From Porphyrobacter sp. (GTDB lineage: Bacteria; Pseudomonadota; Alphaproteobacteria; Sphingomonadales; Sphingomonadaceae): 64,000 bases of DNA. The notes below the pieces were generated by a model. The model had not been told where the DNA came from and did no database searches. It was given only the letters and a program-made list of their open reading frames with translations. A program made the translations under genes and the position numbers. Positions 24,423 to 33,648 of the stretch are shown one piece after another; position 1 is the first letter of the stretch; each line of letters starts with the position of its first letter. The DNA lies in NCBI GenBank assembly GCA_032116115.1, contig JAUMAX010000020.1, positions 6,220-70,219 on the forward strand, read 5' to 3'.

Positions 24423-26519
24423 CTACTGCCGCTCCGCCTGCGCGACCGCATCGCTTGCGCGCAGGGCCGATACGATGCGGTTGAGATGCGCCACATCCTC
24501 GACCTCGACCTCGACGTCGTAGGTCACGAAAGGATGGTCGATCTGCGCCTGCATCAGCGTGATGATGTTGGCCTTGTTCTGCGCGAATATGCCCGCCATT
24601 TCCGCCAGCGTCCCCAACCGGTCGTAGATGGTCACCGACAATTGCCCGGTCGCGCCTGACGACTGGTTGCCCCAGGCCAGATCGATCCAGTCGCTGTCCA
24701 CCCCGCTTGCCAGTTCCATGCAGTCGATCGCGTGGACCAGCACCGTTTCCCCCTTGCGGCGAATGCCGACGATGCGGTCGCCGGGGACAGGGTGGCAGCA
24801 GGGGGCAAGTTCAAACGCCACGCCGGGGGTCAGGCCCCGGATCGAGATGGCGCGTTCGCGCCGCTCCCAGTGTTCATCCTCGGCGATCCCGGCAGTGCAT
24901 CCGGGGACGAGCGCCTCCATCACCTCGCGGTCGGCGATCTTGGCCGCGCCGATGGCGTACATCAGGTCGTCCGGCTCATCGAGGCCGAGCCGTTCGACGG
25001 CGGCACGGATCGCCTTCTTGCCGATGCGGGCCGGCACGCGGGCGGCGATTTCATCGAACAGTTTGGAGCCGATAGTGGCGACCTCGGCGCGCTCCTTCAT
25101 CCGCACCGCGCGGCGCACGGCAGCGCGCGCCTTGCCGGTGACGACAAAGCTCAGCCAGGACAATTGCGGCGAGGCGTGGGGGTTCTTGATGATCTCGCAC
25201 ACATCGCCATTCGCCAGCGGGGTGCGCAGCGGCATGTGCCGCCCGTTGATCTTCACCCCCGCCGTCTGCAGCCCGAGATTGGTGTGGACGGCAAAGGCAA
25301 AATCCACCGCCGTCGCGCCCTTGGGCAGCTGGAACAGCGCGCCTTTGGGGGTGAAGGCGAAGATGCGATCCTGATAGATCGCCATCCGCGTGTGTTCGAG
25401 CAGTTCCTCGGCATCGTGGCTTGCATCGACAATCTCGATCAGGTCACGCAGCCAGCCCACTGCTCCGTCGGGCTTGTCGCCCTGCTTGTAGGCCCAGTGC
25501 GCCGCGAGGCCGAATTCATTGGTGCGGTGCATATCCCGCGTGCGGATCTGCACTTCGACCCGCATCGAGTTTTCGTACATCAACGATGTGTGAAGGCTGC
25601 GGTAGCCGTTCGATTTGGGCGTGGAGATGTAGTCCTTGAACTTGCCGGGCAGGAATTGCCACGTGGTGTGCAGGATACCCAGCGCGCGGTAGCAGTCCTC
25701 CTCGCTATCGGTCAGCACGCGGAAGGCCATGATGTCGGTGACCTGTTCAAAGCTGACATGGCGTTCGGCCATCTTGTGCCAGATCGAAAAGGGGTGCTTT
25801 TCGCGGCCGTAAACCTCGACCTTCAGGCCGGCTTCGGCGAGGCGCTGCTTGATCGTGAGCGCGATGGCATCGACCTGGCCGCCGTCCTGACTGCGCAGGG
25901 CATCAAGGCGGGTCGTGATGGTGGCGTGGGCTTCGGGCTCCAGCTCGCGGAAGGCCAGCGCCTGCATTTCGTGCATATATTCATACATGCCGACCCGTTC
26001 GGCCAGCGGGGCGTAGATATCCATCGTTTCGCGCGCGATCCGCTGGCGCTTTTCGGGCGACTTGATGAAATGCAGCGTGCGCATGTTGTGGAGGCGGTCG
26101 GCCAGCTTCACCAGCAGCACGCGGATGTCTTCGGACATGGCGAGCAGGAACTTGCGCAGGTTTTCTGCCGCGCGTTCATTCTCGGGCATCGCCTCGATCT
26201 TGGAAAGCTTGGTCACGCCGTCCACCAGCCGCGCGACCTCGGGGCCGAAATGCAGCTCGACGTCCTCGATCGTGGCGAGGGTGTCTTCGACCGTATCATG
26301 CAGCAGCGCGGTAATGATCGTCGCCACATCGAGCTTCAGGTCGGTCATCAACCCGGCAACCTCGACCGGGTGGCTGAAATAGGGATCGCCCGACGCGCGC
26401 TTCTGGGTGCCGTGCTTCTGCACCGTGTAGACATAGGCGCGGTTGAGCATCGCCTCGTCAGCGGAGGGATCGTAATCGAGCACTTTCTCGACGAGTTCGT
26501 ATTGGCGCAGCATCATCAA
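24423..26519 (-). CDS. spoT: Bifunctional (p)ppGpp synthetase/hydrolase RelA/SpoT
   Basis: HD domain HPVEVA...LLHDTVED, KLADRLHNMRTL, KDYISTPKSNGYRSLHT, TGS domain FTPKG, ACT domain. Confidence 0.96.
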   Translation of the reverse strand: MMMLRQYELVEKVLDYDPSADEAMLNRAYVYTVQKHGTQKRASGDPYFSHPVEVAGLMTDLKLDVATIITALLHDTVEDTLATIEDVELHFGPEVARLVDGVTKLSKIEAMPENERAAENLRKFLLAMSEDIRVLLVKLADRLHNMRTLHFIKSPEKRQRIARETMDIYAPLAERVGMYEYMHEMQALAFRELEPEAHATITTRLDALRSQDGGQVDAIALTIKQRLAEAGLKVEVYGREKHPFSIWHKMAERHVSFEQVTDIMAFRVLTDSEEDCYRALGILHTTWQFLPGKFKDYISTPKSNGYRSLHTSLMYENSMRVEVQIRTRDMHRTNEFGLAAHWAYKQGDKPDGAVGWLRDLIEIVDASHDAEELLEHTRMAIYQDRIFAFTPKGALFQLPKGATAVDFAFAVHTNLGLQTAGVKINGRHMPLRTPLANGDVCEIIKNPHASPQLSWLSFVVTGKARAAVRRAVRMKERAEVATIGSKLFDEIAARVPARIGKKAIRAAVERLGLDEPDDLMYAIGAAKIADREVMEALVPGCTAGIAEDEHWERRERAISIRGLTPGVAFELAPCCHPVPGDRIVGIRRKGETVLVHAIDCMELASGVDSDWIDLAWGNQSSGATGQLSVTIYDRLGTLAEMAGIFAQNKANIITLMQAQIDHPFVTYDVEVEVEDVAHLNRIVSALRASDAVAQAERQ

Positions 26520-26672
26520 CTATGTGCTGCTCCTCAGACGGTATTGCAATGCACAACTGCACCGAAGCGCCGGGCAATTCTGTGATGGTGACGCAAGCGG
26601 GGCATGGACAAGACCGGCGCTGTCTTGTTAACGTTCTCAAGAGTGGGAGAGAGGAAAGAGAGGGCAATCGCC

Positions 26673-27608
26673 ATGCGCATCCGACGTTGGCTGCTGGCTG
26701 GCGCAGCCATTGTGCTGCTTGCAGGATGCGGGGGCGAGGATGCCTCTCCCGCGCCGCCCGGCCCGATCGGCGGGGGGCCATCCCCCACGCCGTCCCCTTC
26801 GCCCTCCCCATCGCCGTCGCCGTCGCCCACCACGGTTGCCTTTGCGGACGAATTCAACGGCGCCGCGCTCAACACCGCGATCTGGAAGGCGGAGGGGCCG
26901 AATTTCTGGGTCAACAACGAACTTCAGGCCTATGTAAACAGCCCCGATACGATTGCGCTGCGCAGCAATGTCGCAGGCGCCGATGGCGGGGTGCTGGTGC
27001 TCAAGCCCAAATGGGCGCCGGGTCAGGACCCGCGCAGCGACCGGCGGGCCGATTTCCAATCGGGGCGCATCGACACGCGCGGCACCTATGATTTCACCTA
27101 TGGCCGGGCCGAAGCGCGGATCAGGATGTCCGAATTCACCGGCGTCTGGCCGGCGTTCTGGCTGCTCGGCAACGGCACCTGGCCGGCAACGGGCGAGATC
27201 GACATGATGGAATTCGTCGGCGAGCCCGGCTGGATCTCCGCAGCCCTGCACGGCACGGGCTATTCCGGCGCGAATGCCCTGTCCCGGCGCTACAACTTCC
27301 CCGCCGGGGTGCGGGTCAGCGACTGGAACATCTACGCTGTGGAGTGGAGCCGCACGGCAATCGCCTTTTCGGTCAACGGCAATGAATATTACCGCGTCAC
27401 GCGCAGCGACGTCGAGCGCGCCGGACCATGGGCCTTCGACACGCCCAAGCACATCATCCTGAACTTCGCACTGGGCGGGGATTATCCCTTTGGCGTGAAC
27501 AGCGTGGCCGTGCCCTACCGCGGCCTGCCGCAGTCCACCGTGGATGCGATCAAGGCCGGGCAGGCGGAAATGCTGGTCGACTGGGTCAGGGTCACGCCGC
27601 CGCAATAG
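26673..27608 (+). CDS. GH16 beta-glucanase/laminarinase lipoprotein with Pro-Ser linker
   Basis: Lipobox LLAGC, PSPTPSPSPSPSPSPT linker, WPAFWLL, catalytic EIDMME. Confidence 0.9.
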   Translation: MRIRRWLLAGAAIVLLAGCGGEDASPAPPGPIGGGPSPTPSPSPSPSPSPSPTTVAFADEFNGAALNTAIWKAEGPNFWVNNELQAYVNSPDTIALRSNVAGADGGVLVLKPKWAPGQDPRSDRRADFQSGRIDTRGTYDFTYGRAEARIRMSEFTGVWPAFWLLGNGTWPATGEIDMMEFVGEPGWISAALHGTGYSGANALSRRYNFPAGVRVSDWNIYAVEWSRTAIAFSVNGNEYYRVTRSDVERAGPWAFDTPKHIILNFALGGDYPFGVNSVAVPYRGLPQSTVDAIKAGQAEMLVDWVRVTPPQ

Positions 27609-27632
27609 GGCGCGTCAGAGCCACGTCGCGCC

Positions 27633-28490
27633 TCAGCTCCAAGTCGCCCTTGGCGGCAGGCTCATCAGGATCGCGTCGATATTGCCGCCGGTCTTCAGCC
27701 CGAAGATCGTGCCGCGGTCATAGACGAGGTTGAACTCGGCATAGCGCCCCCGGTATTCGAACATCTGCGCTTCGTCCTCGGGGGTGAAGGGCATGTTCAT
27801 CCGCCGCCGCACGATCGCGGGGAAGGCGATCAGGAACTGCTTGCCGATATCCTTGATGAATTCGAAATTGCGCGCCCATGCGGCATCATCCGCGCATTCG
27901 AGATGGTCGGCGAAGATCCCGCCAACGCCCCGGCCCACTTGCCGGTGGGGGATGTAGAAATATTCCTCAGCCCACTTGCTGTAACGTTCATAATAGGTTT
28001 CGTTGTGCGGATCGCAGGCGGCCTGCATCGCGGCGTGAAACTCCGCTGTGTCTTCCGCGTAGGGGATCGGCGGGTTCAAATCCGCTCCGCCGCCGAACCA
28101 CGCCTTGGTGGTGGTGAGGAAGCGGGTGTTCATGTGGACCGCGGGTACATGCGGGTTGGTCATGTGCGCGACAAGGCTGATGCCGGTGGCGACAAAGCCG
28201 GGCGCATCCGCGCTCGCGCCATTGATGCTGCCTGCAAATTCCTTGGCAAAACTGCCGCGAACGGTCGAGACATTGACGCCGACCTTCTCGAACACCTTGC
28301 CCTTCATCAACCCTTGGACCCCGCCGCCGGGATCGGAATTGCCCTCCTCCTCGCGCTGCCAGGGGGTGTATTGGAAGCTGGCGTCCGATCCCGCCTCACG
28401 CTCGATCGCCTCGAACTCCGCGCAAATCTGGTTGCGCAAATCTTCAAACCACGTGCGCGCGCGCTCCGTGTATGGTGTCCAGTCCGTCAT
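27633..28490 (-). CDS. hemF: Oxygen-dependent coproporphyrinogen III oxidase
   Basis: VFEKVGVNVS, NPHVPAVHMNTR, WFGGGADL, RGRYAEFNLVYDRGTIFGL. Confidence 0.96.
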   Translation of the reverse strand: MTDWTPYTERARTWFEDLRNQICAEFEAIEREAGSDASFQYTPWQREEEGNSDPGGGVQGLMKGKVFEKVGVNVSTVRGSFAKEFAGSINGASADAPGFVATGISLVAHMTNPHVPAVHMNTRFLTTTKAWFGGGADLNPPIPYAEDTAEFHAAMQAACDPHNETYYERYSKWAEEYFYIPHRQVGRGVGGIFADHLECADDAAWARNFEFIKDIGKQFLIAFPAIVRRRMNMPFTPEDEAQMFEYRGRYAEFNLVYDRGTIFGLKTGGNIDAILMSLPPRATWS

Positions 28491-28626
28491 ACATCCCCGT
28501 CCGTCATTCAAACCGCACCATAGGCGATGAAGCGCACTGCACAAGCCCTGCTTTGGCGCTGCTTTGGCCCTGCCTTTACCCCGCGGGACAGTTGCAAAGC
28601 CGAATGATTGCAGGCAGAGCCGGGGG

Positions 28627-29331
28627 ATGGTTCCCGCTATGTTCGCCCCGTTTGAATTCGCCGCGCAGGAGATGCTGCTGGGGCCGGGGCGTGCGTTGTT
28701 CTGGCCTGCCGAACGCGCGCTGCTGGTGGCGGATCTCCATCTGGAAAAGGCGAGCTGGTTTGCGAAAGCCGGCCAGATGCTCCCTCCCTATGACAGCCGC
28801 GACACGCTGGAACGGCTGGCCGATGCGGTAAAGGCCACCGGCGCACGCCGGGTGATCACGCTGGGCGACAATTTCCACGATGATGCAGGCGCGCTGCGGC
28901 TCGATGCGCATTGCACCGGGATGCTGGAGGCGCTGACCCGGTCGCTCGACTGGGTGTGGATCACCGGCAACCATGACGAGGCGCTACCCAAAGGTTTTGG
29001 CGGGGCAATTGTGCCGGAGCTCGAACTGGGCGGCATCATCCTGCGCCATGAAGCCCGCGCAGGCGAGACAAAGCCGGAAATGTCGGGCCATTATCACCCG
29101 AAGCTGCGGGTCAACATCCGCAACCGCCACATCGCCCGGCCCTGCGCTGTGCTGGGGCGCGCAGGCGACGGAGCCGAGCGCATGATCCTCCCCGCCTTCG
29201 GCACGCTGACCGGAGGGATGGATGCAGGCGCACCCGAGATTTTGGCCGCGCTCAGTCCAGCACAATCCATCGAAGCGCTGATACAGGCCAAAAACCGCAT
29301 CGCCCGCTTCCCGCTGTGGCGGGCAGCCTAG
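28627..29331 (+). CDS. pdeM: Ligase-associated DNA damage response endonuclease (metallophosphoesterase)
   Basis: VADLHLEK, LPPYDSRDTL, TLGDNFHD, ITGNHD, SGHYHPK, ILPAFG.LTGG. Confidence 0.88.
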   Translation: MVPAMFAPFEFAAQEMLLGPGRALFWPAERALLVADLHLEKASWFAKAGQMLPPYDSRDTLERLADAVKATGARRVITLGDNFHDDAGALRLDAHCTGMLEALTRSLDWVWITGNHDEALPKGFGGAIVPELELGGIILRHEARAGETKPEMSGHYHPKLRVNIRNRHIARPCAVLGRAGDGAERMILPAFGTLTGGMDAGAPEILAALSPAQSIEALIQAKNRIARFPLWRAA

Positions 29332-30134
29332 CGTTCGGCTTCGAGCAAGATCGAGCCCACCGCAACCACGCCCTGCCGAGTCAGGCTCACCAGCGTGACC
29401 CGCCGATCAAGCGGTGAGGGCGACCGTTCGACCAGACAGGCGTCTTCAAGGCGGTCAATCATGCGCAGTGCGGTCGTATCCGGCACGCCCGATGCAATGC
29501 AAAGGCTCTTGGTCGACACTTTCGCGCCGCCTGCAAACTGGATGAACAGCTCCACAAGCATTTCCCAATGGGGCTCCCCAAGGAATTCGGGCGAAATGTG
29601 CCGTGTGCGTTGCTGGGCAACCCTGCGCATCCGCATGGCGGTCTGGGCGAGACCAAGGGCCTGACGCTCGATCCGCCCGGCCGAGGTGATCCAGTGATAG
29701 GATGAACGCACCTCATCGGGGCGCCACATCTGATCAAGCGAGTCAGCCAGCTTGATCAGGCTCTCGCCAAGTTGACGCATTTGCGAAGGCGAAAAATCCT
29801 CGGCGATGTCCCCTACCAGCCGGAGGACCACATCATTCGTAGTTGCGAGCGGCCTTTTTGGAGACGGATTATCGACGGAGGAAAACAGGTTATGCCCGGT
29901 AGCGGCCTCCCATCCTTCCACCAGATCGAGAAAATCGTCGACCGGCCCATCATTGGCCCCAAGCCCCAACGCAGGCTGCCCTGCCTGCGGCGATCGCGGC
30001 GGGATGACGGGTTGGCCCCCATCCTGCAAGGACGGCGACGAAATCGGCGCATCAGGTGTCGATGGCTGATGATCTCTATTCGCTTCCGGTTCAGTCGCCC
30101 TGTGTATCGGACTAGGCATGCGCGTCCCCCTCAA
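29328..30134 (-). CDS. Protein with C-terminal MarR-like winged helix
   Basis: GEPHWEMLVELF...SLCIASGVPDTTALRMIDRLE...DRRVTLVSLT; start uncertain. Confidence 0.75.
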   Translation of the reverse strand: MRGTRMPSPIHRATEPEANRDHQPSTPDAPISSPSLQDGGQPVIPPRSPQAGQPALGLGANDGPVDDFLDLVEGWEAATGHNLFSSVDNPSPKRPLATTNDVVLRLVGDIAEDFSPSQMRQLGESLIKLADSLDQMWRPDEVRSSYHWITSAGRIERQALGLAQTAMRMRRVAQQRTRHISPEFLGEPHWEMLVELFIQFAGGAKVSTKSLCIASGVPDTTALRMIDRLEDACLVERSPSPLDRRVTLVSLTRQGVVAVGSILLEAER

Positions 30135-30390
30135 AAAAAGGCCAGCAATCGGGCCGGGGGTTCAAGCGATCCCTGACTTAAACCGTAGGATATCAATGAC
30201 GTTAGCCAGGATTAGTTCCAAAGCCCAGTCAATTGTTACAGTGATGGCAGAAGCCTGCTTTGCGGCCCTTGCATATGGCGGATAACGCGCTTGTCCCCGC
30301 GAATGGCAGCGAAACAAGACTCACCTAGCGTTGCGGCGCGTTTCGCACTAAGGAGCGCGCAGCACGTAAGTCACCACAGGAGAACACCCC

Positions 30391-30933
30391 ATATCACGTC
30401 CACCCCGGCGCTCGATGGCCCCGCCCGTAAAAAGCGGCCCTCGTTTTGATAACATGATCAATGTCCCCAAGGTCCGCGTCATCGATGACGAAGGCGAAAA
30501 CCTTGGCGTGATGTTCACCCGCGAAGCGATTGAGCAGGCCAACGAGAAAGGCCTGAACCTCGTCGAAGTGTCCCCCAATGCGGACCCGCCGGTGTGCAAG
30601 TACCTTGATGTCGGCAAATTCCGCTACGAAGCGCAGAAGAAGGCCAACCTGGCGCGCAAGACGCAGAAGACCCAGGACATCAAGGAAGTGAAGATGCGCC
30701 CGAACATCGACACGCATGATTATGACGTGAAGATGCGCAACGTGACCAAGTTCATCGAACACGGCGACAAGGTGAAGATCACCCTGCGTTTCCGTGGCCG
30801 CGAAATGGCGCACCAGCATCTCGGCATGGACCTGCTGAAGAAGGTGCAGGACGATGTGGCCGAAGTCGCCAAGGTCGAAGCCTTCCCGCGGCTGGAAGGC
30901 CGCCAGATGCTGATGGTGCTCGCGCCCAAGTAA
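30391..30933 (+). CDS. infC: Translation initiation factor IF-3, probable AUA start (first AUG at 30415)
   Basis: [52 protein letters not shown]; SD AGGAG 8 nt before an in-frame ATA. Confidence 0.95.
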   Translation: MSRPPRRSMAPPVKSGPRFDNMINVPKVRVIDDEGENLGVMFTREAIEQANEKGLNLVEVSPNADPPVCKYLDVGKFRYEAQKKANLARKTQKTQDIKEVKMRPNIDTHDYDVKMRNVTKFIEHGDKVKITLRFRGREMAHQHLGMDLLKKVQDDVAEVAKVEAFPRLEGRQMLMVLAPK

Positions 30934-30955
30934 TCAGCCTGCCTGACCGGCATGA

Positions 30956-30990
30956 AAAGGGAGCGGACCGCCATGGTTCGCTCCCTTTAT
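30956..30990 (+). terminator. Intrinsic terminator after infC
   Basis: AAAGGGAGCGGACC / GGTTCGCTCCCTTT stem-loop. Confidence 0.75.
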
Positions 30991-31224
30991 CGTTGTGCCA
31001 TGCGCAGGGTGGACGACAAACGCCTTGGCGGGTCGACAAAGGGCTGACGGAAACCGATTGCGGGCAACATCGTTTGGTCAGTTCATGCTATTGATTTCAG
31101 ACAGGGGACAGGCAGGCACAAGCCAGGCCTTGATCCCCGTCCAGACCCTGACTTGCTGCCTTTAGACCCCCTCCAGACGTCACCACGCCCGCTTGCCGGG
31201 ATTGTTTCACAGGAAACATCAGCC

Positions 31225-32346
31225 ATGCCGTTCTTGCCCCTTCTTCGCCCCGCATTGCTGGCGGCCGCTATGGTTGCCGCCGCGCCAGCGCTCGCCAACC
31301 AGCCGCTGGCTGACGTTGATCTGGCGACCTTCGTCCCTTCGCAAACGCCGAACAACGACAAGATCGACTATTCGATCTGGGACGAGGCGATGAAGAATAT
31401 CGTCATCTCGATGGGCCCGTCCTTGCGCGAAGGTGCAGGCCGGCCTGACCCGAGCTTCGGCACCCGCCGCCAATATGGCCACGTTTCGCGCTACCGGCTT
31501 GAAGGCACGCGCGTGATGTTCAGCTTCCTTGATGCCGACATCATCGCCAGCTTCACCGAGTATCGCAAGGATCTGGAAAACACGGCGAACCTCGTCGACA
31601 TCCAGTCGCTGTCCCGCAACGAACAGCTGGCCTACTGGATCAACCTCCACAATGTCGCGATGGTCGAACAGATCGCCAATGCTTGGCCGGTCCGCCAGCC
31701 GCGCGAGATTAAGCTGGATGGCGTCCCGCTCGATGATGCGCGCTTCATCACGGTTGAAGGCATCAAGCTGAGCCCGCGCGATATCCGCGAGAAGATCGTC
31801 TATCGCAACTGGAAGGACCCGGTGGTGATGTACGGCTTCTGGCGCGGTGAGATCGGCGGACCCTCGCTCCAGCGCGAAGCGTTCAATGCCGACAATGTCG
31901 CGCGCCTGCTGGTTCGCAGCGCGGCCGATTTCGTCAATTCGCTGCGCGGCACGCAGGAAGACGGTGGCAGGTTGCAGGTTTCCGAACATTACCGCGAGGC
32001 CGCGCCGTTCTTCTTCCCCGATTTCGAGAACGATCTGCGCGCCCACCTCACCCGCTTTGCCGACGAGAAGACCACCGCGCTGCTTGCCAGTGCCAGCGGT
32101 GCCGATCCGGTCGTCAACGAACGGGACATCGCCGATCTGGAAGGCGGCGTGCGCGAGCCGACCTATTCGAACATCACCTCCAACGGCCAGTCCGTCAGCT
32201 TCCGCATCCCGCAGAGCATGACCGCCCTGCTCAAGGAGCGCGAGACCAAGTTCCAGGAGATCATCCGTCAGGGCCGCACCGGAACTGTCACCTTCAGCAA
32301 TGTCGAGCTGCCCGGTGAGGCAGGCGAGGCAGCCGAGGTAAAGTAG
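31225..32346 (+). CDS. Secreted DUF547-like protein, paralog 1
   Basis: Signal ALA-N; LSRNEQLAYWINLHN..M, LSPRDIRE, YGFWRGEIGGPSL. Confidence 0.85.
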   Translation: MPFLPLLRPALLAAAMVAAAPALANQPLADVDLATFVPSQTPNNDKIDYSIWDEAMKNIVISMGPSLREGAGRPDPSFGTRRQYGHVSRYRLEGTRVMFSFLDADIIASFTEYRKDLENTANLVDIQSLSRNEQLAYWINLHNVAMVEQIANAWPVRQPREIKLDGVPLDDARFITVEGIKLSPRDIREKIVYRNWKDPVVMYGFWRGEIGGPSLQREAFNADNVARLLVRSAADFVNSLRGTQEDGGRLQVSEHYREAAPFFFPDFENDLRAHLTRFADEKTTALLASASGADPVVNERDIADLEGGVREPTYSNITSNGQSVSFRIPQSMTALLKERETKFQEIIRQGRTGTVTFSNVELPGEAGEAAEVK

Positions 32347-32365
32347 GCGCGCGTAGCGCCGGGCC

Positions 32366-32440
32366 TTCGTTCATCCCACGTTTATACGATTGAGATAGCT
32401 TGTGTTTCGGACGGGCTAAATCGATCTTGTGGGAGCGTAT
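32366..32440 (+). promoter_or_regulatory. Conserved upstream element copy (before paralog 2)
   Basis: Aligns essentially without gaps to 33571-33645 and 34855-34930. Confidence 0.6.
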
Positions 32441-32442
32441 CG

Positions 32443-33555
32443 CTGGTTCGCAACGTCACCCTTGCTGCTTTGGCGAGCTTGGCCGCCATGCTGCCGCTGG
32501 CAGCGGCGGCGCAGGACGGGTCGGGGCAGGCCATCCCCGCCGCGCCACCCCGTGAGCCGTTGGCTGTTTTCGCCCCGCGACCGGACGGACGCGACCATCG
32601 CCTCGATTACAGCGTCTGGACCGAAGCGCTGCGGGCCTATGTCGTTTCCATGGGCCCGCCGCTGCGCAAGATGCCGCCCGGCGGGCCAGCAGGGAGAAGA
32701 AAAGACGGGCACAATTCGCTCTATCGCCTCGACGGGGCGATGGTCGGGTTTGACGTCATGAACGCCGAGATCATCGCCAACATCGCGCGCTACCGGCGAG
32801 AACTGGAAGCGGTGGCGGATACGCTCGACATTCAGGCCCTGCCTCGCAACGAACAGCTCGCGTTCTGGTTCAACCTCCACAATGTCGCCTTGGTCGAGAA
32901 GATCGCGGCGGAATGGCCGGTCTATATCCCGCGCGACATTCTGGTGGACGGCGTGCCGCTCGATGAAGCACGCTTCATCACGGTCAGGGGCATTGCCCTG
33001 TCCCCGCGCGACATCCGCGAACAGATCGTCTTTCGCCACTGGAAAAACCCCAAGGCGATTTACGGCTTCTGGCGCGGCGAGATCGGCGGCCCGGCCATGC
33101 AGCGAGAGGCCTTCGACGGGCGCGATATCGGGGAGCAGCTTGACCGGACCGCCCGAGAATTCACCAATTCGCGGCGCGGGGTGGAGCGGCGCGGTGACAC
33201 ACTCCACGTCTCGCAGTTCTATGCCGAGGTCGCCCCCTTCTACTTCCCCCAGTTCGAACAGGACCTGCGCGCCCATCTCGCCAACTATGTCGAGGGCAAG
33301 GTTGCCAATATGCTGGTGGAAACCGAGATGGTGAAGGCCAGCATCTACGAGCACGATATCGCCGATCTGTCCGGCGGGCGGCCGCCCTCGCTGTTCTATC
33401 GTGGCGGCCAATTGAGCCCGCAGGTGTTGAAACTGCTGGGCGAACGTGCCCAAAAGTTCGAGTATATGCGGCGCAAGGATATCCCCATCTATACCGTCAC
33501 CTTCAGCAACATCATCCTGCCCGGCGATCCCCCTGGCAATAGCGAGGTGGAGTGA
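32443..33555 (+). CDS. Secreted DUF547-like protein, paralog 2; probable CTG start
   Basis: LPRNEQLAFWFNLHN, YGFWRGEIGGP; GGGAG + 7 nt + CTG aligns with the ATG of paralogs 3 and 4. Confidence 0.8.
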   Translation: MVRNVTLAALASLAAMLPLAAAAQDGSGQAIPAAPPREPLAVFAPRPDGRDHRLDYSVWTEALRAYVVSMGPPLRKMPPGGPAGRRKDGHNSLYRLDGAMVGFDVMNAEIIANIARYRRELEAVADTLDIQALPRNEQLAFWFNLHNVALVEKIAAEWPVYIPRDILVDGVPLDEARFITVRGIALSPRDIREQIVFRHWKNPKAIYGFWRGEIGGPAMQREAFDGRDIGEQLDRTAREFTNSRRGVERRGDTLHVSQFYAEVAPFYFPQFEQDLRAHLANYVEGKVANMLVETEMVKASIYEHDIADLSGGRPPSLFYRGGQLSPQVLKLLGERAQKFEYMRRKDIPIYTVTFSNIILPGDPPGNSEVE

Positions 33556-33570
33556 CGGACCTGCGAAAAT

Positions 33571-33645
33571 TTGCATTCATCCCTGATTTATCAGTATGAT
33601 ATATCTTGGATTTTAGACGGACCCGATTCATCTGGCGGAAGGGAT
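33571..33645 (+). promoter_or_regulatory. Sigma70-like promoter/leader copy (before paralog 3)
   Basis: TTGCAT-N18-TATGAT followed by a conserved gacgg..gattcatctgg leader. Confidence 0.6.
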
Positions 33646-33648
33646 GAC

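Noticed and set aside
24732-26585. 617-aa ORF antisense to spoT, and similar long shadow ORFs (32416-33576, 34969-36249, 52402-53913, 56583-58031)
   Set aside because: Same-register antisense shadows of well-supported genes in GC-rich DNA.
26780-26832. Tandem hexamer-like repeats in the GH16 gene
   Set aside because: They encode the Pro-Ser linker with synonymous variation; not a CRISPR array or phase-variable tract.
28627-29331. pdeM without adjacent ligase/helicase partners as a novel system
   Set aside because: The partner genes may simply lie elsewhere in the genome; nothing in the window indicates a new function.
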